This document shows, piece after piece, positions 1 through 7,411 of a stretch of 64,000 bases of DNA. Source of the stretch: an uncultured Candidatus Saccharibacteria bacterium (GTDB lineage: Bacteria > Patescibacteriota > Minisyncoccia > UBA6257 > 2-01-FULL-56-20). The position numbers and the translations under genes were made by a program. The number at the start of each line of letters is the position of its first letter. Positions within the stretch are counted from its first letter, which is position 1. Under the pieces are notes generated by a model, which searched no databases, had not been told where the DNA came from, and worked only from the letters and a program-made list of their open reading frames with translations. The stretch spans positions 22,514 through 86,513 of the forward strand of contig CAYLWL010000002.1 in assembly GCA_964387675.1 (NCBI GenBank). Reading direction: 5' to 3'.

Positions 1-377
1 AGCATGCCCAAACGTTTCATTTCCGCTTGGCCGAATTCACGGTCTTCTTCCAGGCGGTCGGTGTATGAGCTTCCGCCCACGACGGCCTTCCCGGCTTTTC
101 TCAATCTGTCGGCTTCGGCTCCGAAGCCGACATCGTCGAACACGATCACATCCGCCCAGTCGATATGGGATTTCCAGTCGGGTACTTTTTCAAGAACTCC
201 GTCATAGACATCGGCGTCGGCTGTCTCCTTGATGTAGGCCCTTACCTCGTGTCCTTCTTTTTTTATCTGCCACGCCAAGTCGCCGCTCAAACTTTCCCAA
301 CTGACGAATAAAAATTTATAAATTTTCTTCTGAACTCCGTTTCCGTTTTTCCCTTTTTCATTCGGCTGCAGCGCCAT
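1..377 (-). CDS. ATP-grasp-family enzyme, N-terminal portion (PurD-like pre-ATP-grasp region); CDS continues past window start
   Basis: Hand translation of the minus strand from ATG at 377 reads MALQPNEKGK...KFLFVSWESLSGDLAWQIKKEGHEV...VVGGSSYTDRLEEDREFGQAEMKRLGM with no stops to position 1. The GSS...LEEDR.FGK..MK..G stretch resembles the N-domain/ATP-grasp junction of PurD-type ligases. Confidence 0.4.
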   Translation of the reverse strand, partial: MALQPNEKGKNGNGVQKKIYKFLFVSWESLSGDLAWQIKKEGHEVRAYIKETADADVYDGVLEKVPDWKSHIDWADVIVFDDVGFGAEADRLRKAGKAVVGGSSYTDRLEEDREFGQAEMKRLGM

Positions 378-562
378 GCTTTGTATTATGCACCCAACAC
401 AGATGGAATAGCAACCCTTTTTTCTTTTACAACCCCGTAATCTCTCTCATTCGGGCAAGCATGAGGCAAAGAAGGTTTTATCAAAAGAAAACTTTTCCCG
501 CCAAACATCTTCTGCCTCCGCAAACAAACAGTCCAATATTTTAACGGGCTCGGTAAAATCAC

Positions 563-817
563 TTACGGACTCTTCGCAGAATGCTTTTCCACCATCAGCG
601 GCTTTCCGAATATATCCTCCAATGGGACGAACTCCCTTATTTGCCTCAACGCTAAAAGCGCCTCGTATTCTTTGCGGGGCATAACAACGAGATTATCTCT
701 TTTAGCTAGGTTTTTGGGGATGGTTATCGTATTCATCGTATTTTGACGATAGCATGCAAGCTGGCACATCGCAAATTTAAAAACTCTCCGGTCTGTCTCG
801 ACGATAAGAGAATCCAA
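563..817 (-). CDS. small hypothetical protein, possibly a SpoVT/AbrB-like antitoxin-type DNA-binding protein
   Basis: 84-aa ORF; inner segment NTITIPKNLAKRDNLVVMPRKEYEALLALRQIREF resembles the swapped-hairpin (vvIPkeiR) motif of AbrB/MazE. No partner toxin seen nearby. Confidence 0.3.
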   Translation of the reverse strand: MDSLIVETDRRVFKFAMCQLACYRQNTMNTITIPKNLAKRDNLVVMPRKEYEALLALRQIREFVPLEDIFGKPLMVEKHSAKSP

Positions 818-843
818 CTCGCCGCGGTTCGAAGATTCTTTAA

Positions 844-917
844 TGGCTCGGGGACAGGGAATCGAACCCCAGTTTCCACGTTCAGAGCGTGGCGTCCTAC
901 CGCTAGACGATCCCCGA
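844..917 (-). tRNA. tRNA-Gln (anticodon CTG), CCA encoded
   Basis: Reverse complement TCGGGGATCGTCTAGCGGTAGGACGCCACGCTCTGAACGTGGAAACTGGGGTTCGATTCCCTGTCCCCGAGCCA folds as a cloverleaf: 7-bp acceptor, 3-bp D stem, anticodon loop CTCTGAA, T loop TTCGATT. Confidence 0.85.
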
Positions 918-965
918 ATAAAGTAGAGAAGCTTTATGCTTCAGGATATATGATATAATGACTTT

Positions 966-2210
966 ATGCGCGATATCAAATCTCTCAAGTCCCTTATGGA
1001 AAATCAGCTCGGACAGCCGTTCGAGAAGATTTCCGTGATCAATCTGGTGGATTTGCTTGTGGAGTACGCCTACAGCACGAAGGCCTCGGATATCCATATT
1101 CCACCCACGAGGGCTGGCTCGAGAATTCGCTTTCGCATCGACGGCCTGCTTCAGGATATTTTCGACAAGTCCAAAATTTCCAACGATCTGCATCAAGAAA
1201 TCATCGCGAGGATCAAAGTGCTGTCCGGTTTGAGGACGGACGAGCACTTTTTGCCGCAGGACGGAAGATTCAGGGTCAAAATCGAAGAGTTCGGCGATGT
1301 GGACATAAGAGTTTCCATCATGCCGACGTACTACGGCGAGAACGTGATCATGAGGGTCTTGGCGGAGAGCCAGAATTTCAAATTGGAGGACATGGGTTTT
1401 TCCCCAAACGACATTAAAAAAGTGGAAAGCGCGATCAGCAAATCCTTCGGGATGATTCTCGCGAACGGCCCCACGGGTTCGGGAAAAACCACCACGCTCT
1501 ACACGATTTTGCGGCGGCTCAACAGCCCGGAGGTCTCCATCATCACCATCGAGGACCCGATAGAGTATTCTCTTGACGGCACCACGCAGATTCAAATCAA
1601 CGAGCAGGTGGGGCTCACCTTCGCGAACGGTCTGCGATCCATTTTGCGCCAGGACCCGAACATCATCATGGTCGGCGAAATCCGCGACGAAGACACCGCG
1701 GCCATCGCCGTGAACGCTGCCCTTACGGGGCACTTGGTGCTCTCCACGCTCCACACGAACGACGCCGCCACCACATTCCCGCGGCTCCTTGATATGGGCG
1801 TGCCGCCGTTCCTCGTTGCTTCCACCGTGAACATCGCGACCGGCCAGCGGCTCGTGAGAACATTGTGCCAGGACTGCAAAACGAAGAGGGCATTGAAAGA
1901 CGAAGAAGTCAAAAGCTTATCGGAGCTTTTGCCGGAAATAGCGAAGATGGGCGAGAAAAACTTTTTCGCTCCGAATCCGAAAGGGTGCGACGCGTGCGGC
2001 CAGAGCGGATATCGGGGAAGGATCGGCATCCGTGAAGTGATCGAGGTGAACGAAGAAATCAGGCAGCTTGTGATGAATCGCGCCAACGCGACTCAGATCA
2101 AAGAAGCGGCGATTCGGAACGGGATGACGACGATGATAGAAGATGGTTTGCAAAAGGCGGCCAAAGGGCTGACTTCGATCGAAGAGATCATACGGATTAT
2201 ACATGAATAA
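966..2210 (+). CDS. pilB: type IV pilus assembly / type II secretion ATPase, PilB/GspE family (short form)
   Basis: Walker A GPTGSGKTTT, Asp box IIMVGEIRDEDTA, His box LVLSTLHTNDA, C-terminal Cys pairs CQDCK...CDACG. Overlaps pilC start by 8 nt. Confidence 0.85.
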   Translation: MRDIKSLKSLMENQLGQPFEKISVINLVDLLVEYAYSTKASDIHIPPTRAGSRIRFRIDGLLQDIFDKSKISNDLHQEIIARIKVLSGLRTDEHFLPQDGRFRVKIEEFGDVDIRVSIMPTYYGENVIMRVLAESQNFKLEDMGFSPNDIKKVESAISKSFGMILANGPTGSGKTTTLYTILRRLNSPEVSIITIEDPIEYSLDGTTQIQINEQVGLTFANGLRSILRQDPNIIMVGEIRDEDTAAIAVNAALTGHLVLSTLHTNDAATTFPRLLDMGVPPFLVASTVNIATGQRLVRTLCQDCKTKRALKDEEVKSLSELLPEIAKMGEKNFFAPNPKGCDACGQSGYRGRIGIREVIEVNEEIRQLVMNRANATQIKEAAIRNGMTTMIEDGLQKAAKGLTSIEEIIRIIHE

Positions 2211-3285
2211 GCTCAAGCGCTTTCTCATCAGCACGTTCGGGATCGGAGGAGTGCCGATCCAGGAAAAAATCAATTTTGCCCGCCACCTCTCGATCGTCAT
2301 CAAGGCCGGGCTTCCCATCCTCGAGGGCCTGCGTCTCATCAAACGACAGACCGCTTCGCGCGCCGTGGTTTCCGTTATTGATCAGGTGATTGTGGATGTG
2401 GGCAACGGGCAATTCTTGGCAACCAGCTTGTCGAGGTATCCCCATATTTTCGACGACTTTTTCATCAGCATCGTCCGGGTGGGCGAGACGAGCGGAACGC
2501 TGGCGCAGAATTTGGTGTATCTTGCCGATGAACTCAAAAAATCTCATGACTTAAGGAACAAGGTGCGCTCGGCGATGATTTACCCCGTTATCATTATGAT
2601 CGTCACGTCCGGCCTCGTTTCTTTTTTGGTGTTTTTCGCCTTTCCGAAAATTCTGCCCCTGTTCGCGAGTTTGCGGGTTGAATTGCCTGTCACGACCCGC
2701 GTCCTGATCGCTACTACGGCATTTTTCCTCGCGCACGGCGTCTCTGTCGTTGCGGGACTGGTCGCTTTCTTTGTGGCCCTTAGAATTCTACTGATACTTC
2801 GTCCCACGAAAATGATTTCCGACCGCCTACTCATCGCCACGCCCATCTTTTCCAAGATCATCATTGACGTGAACATGGCAAATTTCACGAGGGTGCTTTC
2901 GGTTCTACTGAAGGGCGGGATCAAGATCGTGGAAGCGGTGACCATCACCTCGCAAACGTTCAATAATCTTGTGTATCGCAGGGAGCTTGCCCGGGCCGCG
3001 GAAGGCATTCAAAAAGGGGATCAGTTGGCGAAGTATCTTGCCCATGATAAAAACATTTTCCCGATGTTGCTTTCGGGTCTCATCGAGATCGGAGAAAATA
3101 CGGGGAACTTGGAGGACAACCTGACATATTTGTCCGATTACTATCGCGAAGAGGCGGAACAGAGCATCAATACTTTAACCGCGCTTATCGAGCCCCTGCT
3201 TTTGCTCCTTATGGGAATGGTGGTGGGATTCGTCGCCATTTCAATCATTTCTCCCATCTATCAGATTACCCAAGGAGTGAGATGA
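2203..3285 (+). CDS. pilC: type IV pilus platform protein PilC/GspF family
   Basis: 360-aa polytopic membrane protein with two GspF-like halves (GLPILEGLRLI..., GGIKIVEAVTI...). Directly follows pilB. Confidence 0.8.
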   Translation: MNKLKRFLISTFGIGGVPIQEKINFARHLSIVIKAGLPILEGLRLIKRQTASRAVVSVIDQVIVDVGNGQFLATSLSRYPHIFDDFFISIVRVGETSGTLAQNLVYLADELKKSHDLRNKVRSAMIYPVIIMIVTSGLVSFLVFFAFPKILPLFASLRVELPVTTRVLIATTAFFLAHGVSVVAGLVAFFVALRILLILRPTKMISDRLLIATPIFSKIIIDVNMANFTRVLSVLLKGGIKIVEAVTITSQTFNNLVYRRELARAAEGIQKGDQLAKYLAHDKNIFPMLLSGLIEIGENTGNLEDNLTYLSDYYREEAEQSINTLTALIEPLLLLLMGMVVGFVAISIISPIYQITQGVR

Positions 3286-3743
3286 CGTTCGCTCGAAATA
3301 TCGAAATTTCGAAATATCGAGATGGTTTCACTTTGACGGAGGTTTTGATCGTTGTCGGGATCCTCGCGGTTGTTTTTGCCTTTGCGATCGGCGTCGGCAT
3401 CAATTTCTACGGCGGCCAAGCCGTTGTTTCGGAACGCGACACGCTCGTGAACGTGCTCCGGGCCGCGCGCGGCCGCGCCTTGAACAATTTCGACGAATCG
3501 AGCCACGGCGTTTTTATTGCCGCCGCGCAATACGTCCTTTTCGAGGGCAATTCGTACGCCAGCCGCAACCAGGATTTCGACTCCGTATTTCCGAGAGGGA
3601 AGGGGCTCACGATGAGCGGATTGTCGGAAGTCGTTTTCAACGCGCCGCAAGGCGACGCGAACGCTTCCGGCACCATAACCCTGTCGAACGACCTTGGCAA
3701 TGCTAAAATTAATATCAACAATGAAGGAAGAATTGATTGGTAA
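3282..3743 (+). CDS. prepilin-type N-terminal cleavage/methylation domain protein (pilin/pseudopilin)
   Basis: N-terminus MTFARNIEISKYRDG|FTLTEVLIVVGILAVVFAFAIG is a class III signal with G|FTLxE and a hydrophobic helix. Overlaps pilC stop by 4 nt. Confidence 0.8.
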   Translation: MTFARNIEISKYRDGFTLTEVLIVVGILAVVFAFAIGVGINFYGGQAVVSERDTLVNVLRAARGRALNNFDESSHGVFIAAAQYVLFEGNSYASRNQDFDSVFPRGKGLTMSGLSEVVFNAPQGDANASGTITLSNDLGNAKININNEGRIDW

Positions 3744-3744
3744 A

Positions 3745-3783
3745 TTATTAGAATCTAGAATCTAGAAAATAGAAAGTAGAATT
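3745..3783. repeat. TAGAA-family hairpin arm (left arm flanking four-helix-bundle gene copy 1)
   Basis: ttattagaatctagaatctagaaaatagaaagtagaatt. The inverted partner is at 4147-4188. Confidence 0.7.
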
Positions 3784-4128
3784 ATGAGTAATACAAAATC
3801 TTTTAAAGATTTAATTGTATGGCAGAAAGCGCGGAGTTTGGCGGTTGCGGTATATAAACTTTCTGAACAATTTCCTAACGTAGAGCTATATGGCCTAACA
3901 AGTCAAATGCGTCGCGCGGCCATTTCCATTTCTTCCAACATCGCCGAAAGTTACCACCGTTTTCATAGAAAAGAAAAACAGCAGTTTCTTTCTATCGCTT
4001 TTGGCTCCGGCTCGGAACTAGAAAGCCAAATAGAAATCGCCAAAGTTTTATTTCCAAAGCTGGATTATCGAGAAAGTGAAGAATTATTGTTGGAGGTTAT
4101 GAAAATACTAAATAATTTTCTACAATGA
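3784..4128 (+). CDS. four-helix-bundle protein (23S rRNA intervening-sequence protein / DGR Avd-like family), copy 1
   Basis: 114 aa. WQKARSLAVAVYKLSEQFPNVELYGLTSQMRRAAISISSNIAESYHRF matches the S23-ribosomal/IVS four-helix-bundle family. Flanked by inverted TAGAA repeats. Confidence 0.8.
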   Translation: MSNTKSFKDLIVWQKARSLAVAVYKLSEQFPNVELYGLTSQMRRAAISISSNIAESYHRFHRKEKQQFLSIAFGSGSELESQIEIAKVLFPKLDYRESEELLLEVMKILNNFLQ

Positions 4129-5558
4129 TCAAAATCGAAAAATTAAAAATAGTTCTTCTACTTTCTATTTTCTATTTTCTACCTTCTCGTAAGCGGGGGC
4201 AGTCCACGATTGAGATTTTGATCGCGGTGACGATTCTGACCGCGGTTTTGACGAGCGCCGCCGCGCTCATTTTCGGCAGCCAATCGCTCTCGGTTGATTC
4301 CGCGGAAAGTAATCAGGCATTGCGTCTCGCCGAACAGGGCTTGGAGGGCGTCAAAAATCAGGCCAGATACGACTTCCTCAACATCGTTTCGAGCACCGTG
4401 ACGCAGGGTGAGTTCACGAAAAACATCATTGTCTCGAATGTAGGCGCGAACACGAAGCAAGTGGTAAGCCGCGTTACGTGGAGCACCGATCCGCAGAGAA
4501 CCCAGCAAGTCGAACTCGTGACGCTTGTGACGGATTGGCGCGGCGTGCAGGACACCGGCGGAGACACGGGGAGCGGCGGCGGTGGCGGCGGCGCTTCTGG
4601 CGACTGGTGCAATCCCGCAACCCTCGGCACGATCGATTTGGGATCGGGTGAGTCGGCGACGGGCATCGATGTGATCGCAACAACGACCTATATGACGGCA
4701 GTCGCTTCCTCCCCGAGCAAGAAGGACTTTTTCATCGTTGATGTTTCCAATTCCAGCACTCCTTCCATTATCGGGTCCATAGACACCGGGCCGGGACTCA
4801 ATGCTCTGGACGTGACGGCAAACTACGCTTATGTCGCGAGCGACGACAGCTCCAAGCAATTCCAAGCCATCGACGTCAGCAACAAGACCAGCCCGGTTCT
4901 CGTTGCATCCACCACTCTTACGAGCAATTCCGCCGTTGGACGGAGTATTTTTTACCATAATCAAAAAGTATATATCGGCACGGACGACAATAGTGGAAAC
5001 GAATTCCAGATTATCGACGTGGCCACTCCCGCAACCCCCGTGATTTTGGGAAGAGCTTCTTTGGATGAAGATGTGAATTCCATTTACGTGAGCGGGAACA
5101 AGGCATATCTTGCAACATCCGATACGTCGAAAGACGTGCAGATTTTCGATGTGTCGACTTCATCCGCGCCCGCGCTTCTTGGCACGTATGACATTTCGGG
5201 TGCCGGAGAAACGAAATGGCTGTATGTGGTTGGCACGAAAATGTATGTGGGCAGAGAAACCGGAGGAGATGAACTTTATGTATTGGATATTACGAATGCC
5301 ACTTCGGTGTCGGTGTTGGGCCATAAGGCGATCGGCAAAACGGTGAACGCGATTACAGTGCGCGGCAATTACGCGTTCCTTGCCACCTCCGACCCGAACA
5401 ACGAGCTCAAGATATTCGACGTTTCCAATCTTTCAAATATCACTTCCTGCAGTAACTTCAACTTTCCCAACATCGCGACCGCCGTCGATTTCGACGCCAA
5501 TCTGGTGTACACCGCCGTGCGATCGAACGACGGCCTGCGCATCGTGACATCGCAATAA
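4125..5558 (+). CDS. prepilin-like N-terminus fused to an LVIVD-repeat beta-propeller domain protein
   Basis: N-terminal KRGQSTIEILIAVTILTAVLTSAAALIFG is a pilin-type G/x-T-x-E plus TM. A Gly-rich linker (GGDTGSGGGGGGASGD) is followed by at least six repeats of the pattern xxIxDVSNxSxPxxxG (FIVDVSNSSTPSIIGS, QAIDVSNKTSPVLVAS, QIIDVATPATPVILGR, QIFDVSTSSAPALLGT, YVLDITNATSVSVLGH, KIFDVSNLSNITSCS). These are typical of LVIVD repeats. True start codon uncertain. Confidence 0.65.
   Translation: MIKIEKLKIVLLLSIFYFLPSRKRGQSTIEILIAVTILTAVLTSAAALIFGSQSLSVDSAESNQALRLAEQGLEGVKNQARYDFLNIVSSTVTQGEFTKNIIVSNVGANTKQVVSRVTWSTDPQRTQQVELVTLVTDWRGVQDTGGDTGSGGGGGGASGDWCNPATLGTIDLGSGESATGIDVIATTTYMTAVASSPSKKDFFIVDVSNSSTPSIIGSIDTGPGLNALDVTANYAYVASDDSSKQFQAIDVSNKTSPVLVASTTLTSNSAVGRSIFYHNQKVYIGTDDNSGNEFQIIDVATPATPVILGRASLDEDVNSIYVSGNKAYLATSDTSKDVQIFDVSTSSAPALLGTYDISGAGETKWLYVVGTKMYVGRETGGDELYVLDITNATSVSVLGHKAIGKTVNAITVRGNYAFLATSDPNNELKIFDVSNLSNITSCSNFNFPNIATAVDFDANLVYTAVRSNDGLRIVTSQ
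4147..4188. repeat. TAGAA-family hairpin arm (right arm); also encodes N-terminus of the following pilin-like ORF
   Basis: tagttcttctactttctattttctattttctaccttctcg is the reverse-complement partner of 3745-3783. It translates in frame as VLLLSIFYFLPSR preceding KRG|QSTIE. Confidence 0.7.
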
Positions 5559-5560
5559 AA

Positions 5561-5600
5561 TTAGAATTTAGTAGCTAGTATCTAGAAACTAGAATGCGAG
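5561..5600. repeat. TAGAA-family hairpin arm
   Basis: ttagaatttagtagctagtatctagaaactagaatgcgag. Partner at 5635-5668. Confidence 0.65.
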
Positions 5601-5624
5601 AAATAACCAACGCAAACGCAATTT

Positions 5625-6155
5625 ATGAATAAAATACTAGATTCTAGATTCCAGATTCTAGATTCTCGCAGAGGGTTTACCTTGATGGAGACCTTGATTT
5701 ACATCGCTCTTTTTTCCGTCATTACGAGCTATGTCCTTGGCGTGTTCTATCAACTCCTCGGCAGCCGCAACCAAAATCGCGACAGGACGGAAGTTGACGC
5801 GGAAGCGAACTTTCTCATGCAGAAACTGCGGTGGGCAATGAGCGGCGTCCAAACCGTCAACCAGCCGGCGACAGGCGCCACTTCGACGACGCTATCGGTC
5901 ACAAAGTACAATTTCGCGCAGAACCCGATCGTATTCGACCTTGATTCCAGTACCCTCCGAATGGCAAAGGGTGGGGGAGCGGCGGTAATTTTAAACAATA
6001 GCCGCGTGGGAGTGGGCCAGCTGACATTCGAGCGCCTGGCTCCGGTGAGTAACGCTCCGGAAGGAGTTACCATAACATTGTCGGTATCGTCCCTTGATGT
6101 TGAGCGGCCGGTCGTCGCTTCCACCACTATCGTGGACACCATTTATTTAAGGTAA
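5625..6155 (+). CDS. prepilin-type N-terminal cleavage/methylation domain protein (pseudopilin)
   Basis: MNKILDSRFQILDSRRG|FTLMETLIYIALFSVITSYVLG is a canonical class III signal peptide. Confidence 0.8.
   Translation: MNKILDSRFQILDSRRGFTLMETLIYIALFSVITSYVLGVFYQLLGSRNQNRDRTEVDAEANFLMQKLRWAMSGVQTVNQPATGATSTTLSVTKYNFAQNPIVFDLDSSTLRMAKGGGAAVILNNSRVGVGQLTFERLAPVSNAPEGVTITLSVSSLDVERPVVASTTIVDTIYLR
5635..5668. repeat. TAGAA-family hairpin arm that encodes the pilin leader peptide
   Basis: tactagattctagattccagattctagattctcg translates as ILDSRFQILDSR immediately before RG|FTLMETLI. Confidence 0.65.
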
Positions 6156-6207
6156 TAAGCTAGCTTTTAGGTGTTAGCTGTTAGGTTTTAGAAAACAAAT
6201 AAATAAA

Positions 6208-6648
6208 ATGAGAGAAAAGTTCTATCATATCGGCAACCTACTAAAAGCTATAAGCTATAAGCTAAAAGCCCGGGTTGGCTACATCGGCATCGTGTCGGCG
6301 CTTATCATATCGGCCGTTGTGGTTCTGATTATGGTCGCGGTGGGGCAGATTTCGTTCTTGAACCGCATCAACATTTCCGACACCCACTTAAAAAAGAAAA
6401 GCCGGGCGCTCGCGGAGGGGTGCGTCGACACAGCGCTCTTGAAGCTCGCGTCGAACGCTTCCTACGCCGGCAACGAAACCATCACTGTTGCGAGCGATAC
6501 ATGCAAAATCGTTTCCGTGGTTTCGTCGAGTACGGGAAAGATCATTTCTGCCCAGGGCAAGTTCCTCGGCGCGGTGACGGATGTCAAGGCGACCGTTGAC
6601 ACCAACACCTTCTCGATCGTGGGCTGGGAAGAGGTGAGGAGTTTTTGA
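6208..6648 (+). CDS. hypothetical membrane protein in pilus operon (possible minor pilin/PilX-like)
   Basis: 146 aa with one N-terminal TM helix (IGIVSALIISAVVVLIMVAVG). No recognisable motif. Confidence 0.4.
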   Translation: MREKFYHIGNLLKAISYKLKARVGYIGIVSALIISAVVVLIMVAVGQISFLNRINISDTHLKKKSRALAEGCVDTALLKLASNASYAGNETITVASDTCKIVSVVSSSTGKIISAQGKFLGAVTDVKATVDTNTFSIVGWEEVRSF

Positions 6649-6691
6649 TTAGAAAGTAGAATTTAGAAAATAGAAAGTAGAATCTGGAAAA
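6649..6691. repeat. TAGAA-family hairpin arm
   Basis: ttagaaagtagaatttagaaaatagaaagtagaatctggaaaa. Partner at 6710-6747. Confidence 0.65.
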
Positions 6692-6693
6692 CT

Positions 6694-7191
6694 ATGAAAA
6701 ATTTAAAAACAACTTCTATTTTCTATTTTCTAGATTCTAGATTCTCGAATAAGGGTTTCACTTTGATAGAGGTCGTCATATCGGTGGCAATCATTACGCT
6801 CCTTACGGTTGCTGCCATTGTTATTCTCGATCCCGCTCGGCAGTTTGCCAAATCGAGAAACACACAGCGCTGGTCGGATGTGAATGTGATTTTGAATGCG
6901 GTTGGGCAAAACACCGTTGACAACCGCGGAACTTTTTCGTGCAGTTCCGGCGGGATTCCCACGACTACGACGAGGATGGCGTCCAGCAGTCCGAACTACA
7001 ATATCGCGCCGTGCCTTGTAGCGACCTATTTAAGCGCCTTGCCGTTCGATCCGGCAACGAGCGGCGCGAAGTGGACGAGCGTAACCGATTACGACACCGC
7101 TTATAACATCCTGCGAAACGCCACAACCGGCCGCGTGACGATTTCCGCTCCGGCGGCCGAACTTGGGGAGAGCGTTACGGTCACGAGGTAG
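6694..7191 (+). CDS. prepilin-type N-terminal cleavage/methylation domain protein (pilin)
   Basis: MKNLKTTSIFYFLDSRFSNKG|FTLIEVVISVAIITLLTVAAIVIL. Confidence 0.8.
   Translation: MKNLKTTSIFYFLDSRFSNKGFTLIEVVISVAIITLLTVAAIVILDPARQFAKSRNTQRWSDVNVILNAVGQNTVDNRGTFSCSSGGIPTTTTRMASSSPNYNIAPCLVATYLSALPFDPATSGAKWTSVTDYDTAYNILRNATTGRVTISAPAAELGESVTVTR
6710..6747. repeat. TAGAA-family hairpin arm encoding pilin leader
   Basis: aacttctattttctattttctagattctagattctcg translates as TSIFYFLDSRFS before NKG|FTLIEV. Confidence 0.65.
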
Positions 7192-7195
7192 GGTC

Positions 7196-7356
7196 GGTGC
7201 GCTCCGCGCCGTCCTTTCGGAAACAGCATAATTTTCTTCCAGCGAGAAAATTTGCTTCGCTCTTGGTCCGCCAGGTCCGATTGTCCGATTACAATCGGAC
7301 CACCAAGCTGGCGGACCTCCGAGATGTTCCTCAAGAACGGCGCGGAGCGCACCATG
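7196..7356. repeat. nested inverted-repeat structured element between convergent genes (likely bidirectional terminator or structured RNA)
   Basis: Outer pair ggtgcgctccgcgccg (7196-7211) / cggcgcggagcgcacc (7341-7356). Inner pairs ggtccgccag/ctggcggacc and gtccgattgt..acaatcggac. Confidence 0.6.
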
Positions 7357-7411
7357 CCTATCGCTTACATGTGGATTGATTATTGAGGTCTAACAAAAAA
7401 TGAAATGTTTC

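Noticed and set aside
903-1754. 283-aa minus-strand ORF
   Set aside because: Entirely antisense to pilB, which has clear Walker/Asp/His boxes; no motifs; overlaps tRNA-Gln.
3784-4128. Diversity-generating retroelement (the 4HB proteins are Avd-like)
   Set aside because: No reverse transcriptase gene and no template/variable repeat pair with adenine-specific differences seen in the window; the Avd-like ORFs are better explained by the IVS-like hairpin cassettes.
4179-4964. 261-aa minus-strand ORF inside the LVIVD-pilin gene
   Set aside because: Antisense to a CDS with strong repeat-domain signal; Arg/Gly-rich composition typical of GC-rich antisense frames.
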